Shown: in pieces, positions 17,923 through 27,900 of the stretch | Numbering within the stretch: the stretch's first letter is position 1 | Layout: the number at the start of each line of letters is the position of its first letter | DNA from: a virus | Length of the DNA: 64,000 nucleotides | Virus record (IMG/VR): IMGVR_UViG_3300045988_070924 | Coordinates: 40,150-104,149 of that record | Reading direction: 5' to 3' (one strand) | Notes under the pieces: generated by a model | What the model was told of the DNA's origin: nothing | Seen by the model: only the letters and a program-made list of their open reading frames with translations | Databases searched by the model: none | Made by a program: the position numbers and the translations under genes

Positions 17923-20900
17923 ATCTATCAGCAAATATAGTGTACATATAATCTTCCTCAGAGAGGTCTGCTACCTTCCTGAGCTGACCAAAAATAGGAA
18001 TTGTCTGTGAAGCATCCCTCTCCCACTCACTCCATCCCTTGTATCTTCCAGATTCAAGTTCATTAAACATATTCCAGAACTTAACCAAATCAAGCAGTCC
18101 ATTGAAACTGTTTATGGCTGCTGCTGGACTTTGTAGTATAGTCCATGCATTCTCAATGGCTGAGAACCAAGGTATAGCAGCACCAGTCTCCAGTTGCATT
18201 CTTTTAAGCTGATATACAATCATTCTCTCGCCCCATCTGCCTTTTTTATCCTTCTCAGGTCCTATCATGGCAATAAGTGCTGCAAGTGTAGCAAAGGTTC
18301 CAAGCTCTGTTAAAGCCCTTCTTATGTTAGCCTTCTCATGAGTGCTAAGACTATTCCAGTTGGTTGCAAGGTCAAACTTTGCTCTTCCTATATCCTTCAT
18401 AAGGTTTAAAGCAAATCTTCCTATAGTTCTATAATAACCTTCTCTCCAATGGTCAAGTTTAGCATCATAACTGGCACTTGAGAACCTTCTTGAGTAATGG
18501 GCAGGCATCCACTGTCTAAACTGCATAGCAAGTCTTCCAAGAGAATATCTTTGGATAGCTCCTCTGTCAGTCTCATTGAATGCACCATTAAGAGATTGAT
18601 TGACTTTTCCAATCCTTAGTTTCTGGTTTGTAATAAAGTTTTCATATCTCTTCTCCACCTCTTCATACAATTCAGAGCTCCTGTCAAGCCCTTCTGTAGA
18701 AAGAAGATTACCATCAAGGTCTTTTATTCCCTCCTTAAGGACTATCTTTGATGCTCCTTCATGGTCAGTCTTTACTTCAAAAGCATCAAACAGGCTCATC
18801 TCTTTTCCACTTCTGTCCTTTACTTTGACATTATTGAGCATAGCCAACATATTCCTACTGTGAAGATAGTGCTCTCCCATGTTGTTAAGGAGGAATATAT
18901 TTGTTGAACCTATGATTCTTGACAAAGGTCCTTTGTAATACCCTTGTGATTTAAGGTTTCCATAGAACTCCTCAAGAGCATCAAACTTGTCTATAAGGAG
19001 ACCAAGCTTACTTGTTTTCTTTGTAGAGTTGAGTTCTGCCATATATTGTGGAAGAAGTGCATAGTAGTTCTTCTTACCTATGGCTGAGTCTTTCATATTA
19101 AAGTATTCTCCAGACATAGCCTCTATGAACAACTGCATTTTACCCATAGTGACATTGCTTATAGCAGAAAACACGTTAAGACCAAGTCCAAGTGCTCCTG
19201 TATAACTCTTCAAAGTATCCATAGTCTTGGCTTTATCTATCTCCTCACCAAAAACATTCCAGGTTCCTTCATCTTTCTTATGCTGACCATACAGAACAGA
19301 AGCATAATAATTATCTATTCTCTCTCCAATGTTGGTTCTTTCTCCAGGTTTGGTATAGGTCTTACTGAACTTCTTATGGACAACCTTGAAAACATCTATC
19401 AGTTTTGAGTCTCCAGACATCTGCTTGACTTGCCTCTCTTTGATAAGGTCTCTTGTAAGCTCAAGTGCATCAATCACTTTACTCATCTCATTATAGTTTA
19501 CAGCCATAGATGCATATGCCATAATAGATGAAGTGAAATCTGTACTCAGCCTCTCCATATCTTCAAGAGGAGTTGTATAGTACACTGGTAGTTTCTGTAT
19601 AGGATTTCCTGAGAAATCCAGACTTATCTTCTTTGACTTAGTAAAAGAGGATTCTCCATCACCAAGAACTGTTGTATCTCCCCAGTCAGTATCATCACTT
19701 CTTCTGAGGAAACTGTCCTTGAGGTTCTCTATAACCATTTTCCCAGCCTTCTTAGGATTAGTCACATTATCCATAATAGCTTCAGTAACATCATTCCTTA
19801 TCTGGACTGCATTGAAAGTATTTGCAAACCTTGCTGGTATCAGTGAGTCAAGAGTAGCCTTAAGGTTAATCATAGTATTGTAATACTCTCTCTGTGCAGG
19901 TGCAAGTTTACTTATTCTATCAACACCATAAAGACTCTTCTTAGGAAGTTCTTCCTTTCTACCTGAGTCTGCATCTATAAGAACAGTTTCAGTATGTCTT
20001 CTTTCCCATGCATCAAGTTTTGACTTGACTATGTAGTAAGGAAGTTTTTCATCCATAAGTCTCTTCTTTTCAGCATCATACTCCTCCTTAAACTTAACAA
20101 AGTCAATATCACTTATTATTCTTCCAGTAAGCTTTCCATCCTTGTCTCTCTCATACATAAAGTCTGTAGTATACCCAGCCTGTGAAAGTTTAGTATGAGC
20201 ACTTCTCACTCCTGCAAGAACCTCTTCAAGCACTGAATCCCTCTTAAACTGTGTAGATTTGACTACTTTATCTACAAGAGACAGCATTGGGTCTGATGCA
20301 TCACTCATTGAACTGATATAGCTGTCAAGGAAGTTAATATCCTTATCAGCCATCTTCATTATCATTTCAAGAGTAATTCTCTTGCCCTTATCTTTTCCAG
20401 AATCAATAATCTTATCCTCCCCCCAGTACATTTTAAGGAAGCTGTAAAGAGTATTGAACCTCATGCTTTTATACCCAGAGTTAATCTTGTTAATTATCCT
20501 GAATACAGAAGAAGCTTTGTCTGCAATAGTAGCAGCATCTTCAGTAGACAGTTCAACTTCTCCTCTCTCCTTCATAGCATCTATACTCATCATTTGTTTG
20601 ATGATAGGCTCATATGCATCTGAGAACTCTTTAATCTTCCTTAGAGTAGAACTAATCTTTCTGATTCTGTTTAAGTCTGATTCTTCATTGAGATTATTAG
20701 CATCAAGTTTGCTTAAGTTGGTATTCAGTTGTTCTAGCTGTTGAAGGCTATCTGAAAGAAAAGCAAGACAGCTCTTGGAGTATTTCTTCTTTTCAATCAG
20801 GTCCTGAAGGTTCTTTATTGACTCAAGGTCATCTTCACTATATCTACCACTTTTACTTCTTAACCTTAAAATCTCAAGTCTCTTACTTGCAATCTCAAGA

Positions 20901-21997
20901 GCTTTCTCAGCCAGTTCCTCCATTCCAGATACAGACTTCTCTGCATTGTACAAGGTCTTTGCATTAACTATAAGGTCTTTATCTACTAATGGAAGTATAG
21001 ACTCATCAAGGATAGAACTTGCTACCTGAGAAGCATCTCTATTGGCCTGTAGTATGATATTATCAACATCATCTTCAGACATACTGCCAAACTTGGATTT
21101 AACCCAATTCCAAAGTCTCTCAAGCAAAGAAGGTCTACTTACAGGAAGAGTTTCACCAGTGATATACTTCTGAAGCAATTGTCCAGCAGCTTCCTTCTGG
21201 AGAGATTCCATATCTCCTTTATAAAGCCTTACATAGGTATCAAAGTTTTCACCAAGAATTTCCTTTATGACTTCATAAGAACCTACAGAATTTACAAGCC
21301 TCTGAACCAAAGGCTGGTTCATAAGTCCTTCTATCATAAGATGGCTGAACTCTTCAGGAAAGGCATCTTCCCCTCTCTGACCTTTGGCTATTTGTATAAC
21401 TGTCTTCAGTCCTTCTGCATTTGTCCTTGCATTCTCAGGACTGAACATAGCATTGAATCTTGGGGTATTAAGTACTTCAACATCAAATCCAAGCCTTCTA
21501 AGGATACCCCTCAACTGATTGTTAAGAGAACTGTTAAATACAAGCTTCTCAGGAGAGGTTGCATTCTGAGGAGTCTTAGGCTCAACATTTATTACATACC
21601 CTCCATCTTTACTTCCAATATCAGCAACCATCCTTGGATGGTTCTTATTAAATTCAACTACTGAATTGATAATCTCATCAGCAGAAGAATGTATAACAGG
21701 TTCCCCTTTACTATTTATAGCACCAAGTTCTCTCTTAGCACCTTCTATTGATATACCTTCATCTAATAGACTATCTATATCAACAGCCTTAATGAGAGAG
21801 GAAAGAGTAGGTTCTCCATTCTTATCCTTCTCAATACCCTTAAGAGAACTCATGAACTCTGGAACCTGAGTAAGTCCCCAAATGTACTTTGCTGATTCTC
21901 TATTACCAGTGTAGGTAACCAGCTCCTTAAAGAGCTGGCTATCCACTTCCTGGTTTCCTACTTTTACTGTAGGAACATAAACACAAGATTTAGCCAT
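17921..21997 (-). CDS. giant virion-associated protein (1358 aa) coupled to the vRNAP gene
   Basis: Its start ATG (21997-21995) lies 1 nt from the upstream stop (TAA T ATG). A hydrophobic segment (LGTFATLAALIAMIGP) lies near the C-terminus. No catalytic motif recognised. Confidence 0.6.
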   Translation of the reverse strand: MAKSCVYVPTVKVGNQEVDSQLFKELVTYTGNRESAKYIWGLTQVPEFMSSLKGIEKDKNGEPTLSSLIKAVDIDSLLDEGISIEGAKRELGAINSKGEPVIHSSADEIINSVVEFNKNHPRMVADIGSKDGGYVINVEPKTPQNATSPEKLVFNSSLNNQLRGILRRLGFDVEVLNTPRFNAMFSPENARTNAEGLKTVIQIAKGQRGEDAFPEEFSHLMIEGLMNQPLVQRLVNSVGSYEVIKEILGENFDTYVRLYKGDMESLQKEAAGQLLQKYITGETLPVSRPSLLERLWNWVKSKFGSMSEDDVDNIILQANRDASQVASSILDESILPLVDKDLIVNAKTLYNAEKSVSGMEELAEKALEIASKRLEILRLRSKSGRYSEDDLESIKNLQDLIEKKKYSKSCLAFLSDSLQQLEQLNTNLSKLDANNLNEESDLNRIRKISSTLRKIKEFSDAYEPIIKQMMSIDAMKERGEVELSTEDAATIADKASSVFRIINKINSGYKSMRFNTLYSFLKMYWGEDKIIDSGKDKGKRITLEMIMKMADKDINFLDSYISSMSDASDPMLSLVDKVVKSTQFKRDSVLEEVLAGVRSAHTKLSQAGYTTDFMYERDKDGKLTGRIISDIDFVKFKEEYDAEKKRLMDEKLPYYIVKSKLDAWERRHTETVLIDADSGRKEELPKKSLYGVDRISKLAPAQREYYNTMINLKATLDSLIPARFANTFNAVQIRNDVTEAIMDNVTNPKKAGKMVIENLKDSFLRRSDDTDWGDTTVLGDGESSFTKSKKISLDFSGNPIQKLPVYYTTPLEDMERLSTDFTSSIMAYASMAVNYNEMSKVIDALELTRDLIKERQVKQMSGDSKLIDVFKVVHKKFSKTYTKPGERTNIGERIDNYYASVLYGQHKKDEGTWNVFGEEIDKAKTMDTLKSYTGALGLGLNVFSAISNVTMGKMQLFIEAMSGEYFNMKDSAIGKKNYYALLPQYMAELNSTKKTSKLGLLIDKFDALEEFYGNLKSQGYYKGPLSRIIGSTNIFLLNNMGEHYLHSRNMLAMLNNVKVKDRSGKEMSLFDAFEVKTDHEGASKIVLKEGIKDLDGNLLSTEGLDRSSELYEEVEKRYENFITNQKLRIGKVNQSLNGAFNETDRGAIQRYSLGRLAMQFRQWMPAHYSRRFSSASYDAKLDHWREGYYRTIGRFALNLMKDIGRAKFDLATNWNSLSTHEKANIRRALTELGTFATLAALIAMIGPEKDKKGRWGERMIVYQLKRMQLETGAAIPWFSAIENAWTILQSPAAAINSFNGLLDLVKFWNMFNELESGRYKGWSEWERDASQTIPIFGQLRKVADLSEEDYMYTIFADR

Positions 21998-21998
21998 A

Positions 21999-24900
21999 TT
22001 AGCAAATTCCCTTTACAATATCTATCATTTTCTTCATAACCTTAGAAGCAGTCTCAGAGTCTATATGCTCTTCAATCATGCTCTTATACTTATCTACCTT
22101 CTTTGACTGTCCTTTGACAAGAGATGTCATAAGATTGTTCAGTTCATCCTCATCAAATACCTCGCTGAGTATATTCTCAACATCAGTCTCTGAGAGTTCT
22201 ACTACTTCAGCCTCTCCATCATCCTCAGGAACTTCTCTTGCTGGAGAATCCTGAACCTCCTTCTCATGTACATCTTCCTCAGAAGTTCTCTGGATAGAAG
22301 TTCTTATCTCACTTCCAGATTCATTCATATCATATTCAAGGAAGTTGTTGGTATTACCAAGAGTTGTTGTCTCAGTATAGGTAATAGAACCATCTGAGTT
22401 GATTTCAGGATTGAAATACACCTTATCATTATAGAGGATAACAGGGACAGCTACTGTCTCTTTAGTAGATACTTTTCCACTTCCCCTTTTCACCTTTTTG
22501 ACAATGAACTGTGAAGAAGCACTGTCTGAAGCAAATGTGAAGGTTATCTTCCTGTTACCAGCTCCATCTTCAGTGATAGAAGATGCAATTCCCTTTCTCT
22601 GTGTTATATGAGGAACAACCCTGAAGTTGTCTGTATGATTCCTTCTATACTGAAGAAGGAAGTCATTCACATCAAAGGAGTCATTATAATTGACATCCCT
22701 GATACTTTCAACATATCCTGGAATTGCAAGTTTCACATCAGTTGAAGCAAGATGGAGGAAAGTCTTAGGACTAAATGAAAGTCCTGTTCTGTACATATTG
22801 TAGAAGAACAGTTTGACTCCAAGGTCTCTTGTACTTTCATTTGTTATAAGATTTGTCCAAGCATCTCTCACTCTCTCTTGAACATCCTGAGTATATCCAC
22901 CAGTCTTTGCTTCCAAAGTTGGAACAGGGCATTTTCCAGTAGAAGGTTTGATAGTTATAATCTTGATAAGTTCATTATCTACTATTCCAGCAGCCTTCTC
23001 CTTGAACTCTACTATGAAGTCATGTATGAACTCCTCTCTTACTTTTCCATCTGAATTAAGGACAGGGTTTGGTCCTCCAGTAAGTTTGTAAAGAACAAAG
23101 TCACTGACAAGGGAATTGATAGTCTTGCTATCTACATTTGCCTTTGTAGTTTCTCTGAACTTTCCAAGAACCTGATTGAATTTATCAGAGTACTGAGGAA
23201 AATATCCCTGGAATATCAACTGAGAAGCTCCAGTATCAGATACTGTGGTTGTATAGAAGGCATCAAGAATAGGAGAGTTCTGAATGACATCCTTTGCATT
23301 ATCTGAGAAGATTGCATTGCTATCCTCAAACTTGTCAAGGAACTTCTTATATCTCTGCTTCATTACAAGGGTATCTGCAATGGTTGGACCAACAGCATTA
23401 GTTACTGAGTTGAACTTAGTAAGGAATGTAAGTGTGCCAAGGTCCTGTGATATTTTTGACAATCTCTTGAACAGAATAAGAGCTCTTGTCTGAAAGTCTC
23501 CTTTATCACTATTAAGTGATATACCCTGAGCAAGTTCTTCTTTAGAGAAGTTAGTCAGAGTAAGAGTCTTTTCATAACCCTTTGCATTCTTGTCTTGTTC
23601 AAGGAACTTATCAATCAGGTCCTCAGCTGAGATGTAACCCTCATTGTTCCTCCTGAAGTATTCATTAGTCACCCTTCTTATAATAGGCTGGGAGAGGAGC
23701 AGACCTATACTGTCAGAATCAAAACCAAGTCTTGCCAGAACCATTGCTGGTCCAGAGGTAAATGTATTAAGATTCATAAAGTTAAGTACTGGGTCCTTCA
23801 CAGCATCCACAGAGGCTGCAAGAAAACCTGCAATAGTCTTGCTTATGAGACTTCCATTCTTGCCTTTAAGGTCATCAAGTTTGTTGTTTTGAACAGCATC
23901 TACTTTATACCCATCAAAGGTAAACTTAAGGTCATCCCCAAGATTAAGATGTATATCCTGCATAGAAATAAATGCGTGACTCGTGTTATTATTGGCAAAT
24001 ACACCAATCAACTTGCCAGCAGTCATATTCTGCTTATGGAAGTACACCTGAGAAGTTGAGTAGATGATATTCCTGTCAGTTGAAGAGTCAAGTATTTCAT
24101 CAAGCTGGTCAAGATTAAGCTTGCTTAACTCCTGATAGGTATGACCCTTTGTTTCTTGAAGTATCCTTACAATCCTTGCAGTCCTCTTCTGTACATCAAA
24201 TGAACCAGGATTAAACATCTTGCTCATTGTGTCAGGGTTAGTGAGAACAGCCCATTGAAGGTCAAATATCCTGTTGTTCCTTCTATCAGTACCCCCATTA
24301 GACAGTTCAAAAGAAGTTCTGCTATACCTATCTCTATGGTCATAATAATAGTCATATACTTCCATTTCAAAGGAGCCTTCACTAAATTCTTGTCCAAATT
24401 GAATTTGCTGAGCAGTCATATCCAGATTATCTTTAAGCTTCTTCCTTTCTTCACCTTTAACTTTCTTAGTAGCAAGAAAATCTCTTTTAAGTTGCCCCCA
24501 ATCAGTTCTCTTCTTGAGAGTGAAAGTCTTAAGCATCACATACAGCTTGTCAATATCAAAGTCAGAACCTGAAAGAAGAGTAATCTCTTTAGGGAGCATC
24601 ACTGCTTCTCCAGCTGCTTTAGGAAGAAATCCTTTTATATAGAGAGGAGCCATAGAATACTTGTCCTCTGTAGGAATTCTATATCCAATAGCCTTTCTCA
24701 TTTCTTCAGGAATTATACCTTCCTTAACTGCTTCTTCCATTGATATTATGTATGAGTGTCCATCCTTGTCATGTCTTGTAAGAGCCTCTTCAAGTTCAGA
24801 AGAAGGAATAGGCATATAGCACTCAAAGTGTGCCACGGAAGCCTGCTTATCATCAATGAACTTCTTATATTCAGCTGCTGAAGATTCATCCTTTGAAAGA

Positions 24901-27900
24901 CCTCTCTTCTCTACAAACTCACTATAGGTTTCAATAAGATTTCCATCTTTGTCCTTGAACCTTATTGAAAGGTCATCTGACATACCAAATACTGAGGCCT
25001 GAACTACTGGACCACCAGTTACCTTCTGCTTGTTTATCCTGCTCTTTATAATAGAATTAAGAAGCTGCTGTATTCTAATAGACTGTATAGGGTCACTAAG
25101 TGGGATTATAAATTCTCCATTCTTATCAAGAGAACAAGCCCTCTGTATGTCAGCACCATACCTCTGGTCTTTTTCAATAGCTTCCTGAAGTATTTTCTCA
25201 AGTGCCCTATTCCTTTCAAGCCTTGTTCCTCTGACCTTGAAATCCTTACACAATTTTTCAAAACTCTGCTCAATGTTCTCCTTTATAAGATTCTGGTACT
25301 CACTGATAAGTTCATCACTCTTAAGATTTTCATCTCCTATCTGGAACTCAGTACCTGGGGTAATGTCACTTATACTAAGTATTCTCATCTGAGAACCCAT
25401 GAGCTGCTCATGGTCTACCAAGTGGGCAGGAACCTCCTGCTGAATGCCATAGTCTTCAAAAGGAATTGTATGAATGTAATTGACATTATATCTGTCATTG
25501 TTATTATCAGAAGAAGCAGTTCTATCAGAATTGATATATGTAGCCTCATTAAGGATACTCTTAATTTCCTCATATGATTCTACCTTATTTATATTCACAA
25601 CTCCAGACTTTCCTGACTTCACAGATGATTCAAATTGGACAGTATCAATACCCTTTCCATTGTATGTACCTTCCTTTATAACCTCATAGGTGTTGGTCTT
25701 TGGATTGAATTTGGTTTCTCTGCCATCATATGCAGATTCCTCCATGAAATCAAAGATAGCAGCAAGTTTGCTCTGCTTCTTTCCACCTCTCATAAGTGCA
25801 TCTGCAAGGAGAAGAAGATATTCAGAGTTCTTGTTCTGAACAGGAACCTTAAGTTCAGAAAGAGCATCTGAACCTCCTGGTTTCCTAATCTGGGAATAGA
25901 CAAAAGGTTTTAATGGCTGCCAGACAATACCAAGGTCATTGACATTGAAGTCTCCTCTCTTGATTCTGTTATAAGCCTCTTCCATTTCATCAGACCATTT
26001 GCCCATCATACCCATCTTCTTTCTGTATGAGGTAGGTGATGAATACCCCTGAGCATCTGCTACGTTAATCTTCCTGAAAGAATCAATTATGAGGTCTTTC
26101 ATCATCCTCATATTAGCCTTTTCAAAAGGGTCAGAGATTGAAGAAATCTTCTGGTCAAATATCTCCTCAACATTAGGAATTATGTCAGACTCTGCCTCAT
26201 AATCTGTAATGTACATAGTTCTTTCCATTCCATCGGCAGAATAGAGTCTACCCTTTGAATCCCTTGCAGTTATATTCAATCTCATTGCAGGAGAATGGAC
26301 CTGAGCATACCTCTTCTGGAAGTCTTCTACATTCTTGTAATAAGCAAGGTCTGTAGCAGTAAGTTGGATTATGTTTATAGTTGCAAACATATCATTCCAT
26401 ACATACTCTTCAAGATTAGCCTTAGCCTCAGACTCCATAACCTGCATTATCTCAGACTTCTGTTCCTTGGAGAGTCTTCTCTCCTTTCCAAACAGTTCCT
26501 TCTTTATAGTTGAGTATGACCTTGTAAGGTTAGGTATGTACTTATATCTTGTTTCAACATCTTCACCCCTTCTGACTTCCTCTGTATCAAATAGACCAAT
26601 CTTCTCCCACTGTGAAATCTCCTTGCTCACTATAATGTCCATGTAAGAATCAAGGTTCTGATTGACTAACTTGTCAAAAGAATCCTCATTTACACTGACA
26701 CCATTTATCTTGTCTATAAGCATCATTCCAAGTTCATCACCTTCAACTATATTCTGGTTGAAAGCATCAAGAAACTTAAAGGAGGCTCCACTTGAGTAGG
26801 TGACAAGTTTTCCATTCTTCACAAGGTCATCATGAGTAAGAGGTTCTCCAGCTCTCATCTTAGCCTCAATCTGAGGATTCTTCTTCAGAACTTTAGAACT
26901 TATATCAAAGTTTGAGATAGGTTCAATGTTTGCATTCACACTTCTTTCAAGTACAGCTCTGAACCTAAGAACTTCCTGATTGAGAACCATTTTGAGTCCT
27001 CTCTTGATTCTTCTCTTATATTCAGAACCTGAGTATCTCTTGAACCTTATAAATTCAGAAGAAGGTTTATTTGAAAGCATAGGAACTCTGTACCATGCCC
27101 ACTGAGGACCTTTTCCTCTACTTCCCTTATCATAGAAGTACTCACTCATAAGAGATAGAGTATATCCCAACTCACTCAAATCAGTGTAAGGAGTTCCATC
27201 AAATGACAACTGGACTTTATGTTCCAAGCCTTGTCTTGCATCCTTACTTTCAGAAATCAGCTCAAGCCATGCATTATTCCAAGTTCCATCTTCCTCCCTG
27301 AACCATCTGTATGACCCATAGTTCTCTTCCATAAATGAATTGAACTTGCTTGGATTACCAATGGCATCTTTCAGATTGAGAATAAGTTTTCCCATATAAG
27401 AAGGAGTTACAAAAGAGTAATGCATCTTGCCATTCTCATAGGATGATGACTCAATACTGTCCTGAATATACCTGCTCATAAGTCCAACTATAGATTTATA
27501 ATTTCCATAGATGTTCTTCTCCTCCCCCTTAAGAAGAGGATTATATGAGATAGAGTCCTTCTTTGATAGCAAGGTATCAAACATATAGGACATTTCACTC
27601 AGAAGTTTCATTACTGGAGAATTATTAATGTCCTTAGGTCTTCCTTTATCAACTATAGTATTAGAGACTGTCTTGGTATCTACTCTTATTCCTAACTCAT
27701 TTAGGAGTTTTGTAATCTTAGGTACAGAGTTCTTGAGAGTATTATTATATACTTCCTTTCTTACAGCAGTGAATGCACCCTTAAGGTCAGATACTATTTT
27801 GTCCTTCTCAGCCTTAAGAGCCTCAACATTCTTGACATTAACCCTACCCTTACCTTCAATACCATCAGCAGTGATTATAATGTTCTGCATAAGTCCTGAA

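Noticed and set aside
21179-21664. A 161-aa + strand ORF, and many similar 60-150-aa ORFs antisense to the giant genes (for example 4955..5212, 14747..15100, 24255..24572, 38567..39022, 33340..33744).
   Set aside because: All lie entirely inside long, motif-bearing ORFs on the other strand. None has a start context or a recognisable domain. I treat them as frame shadows.
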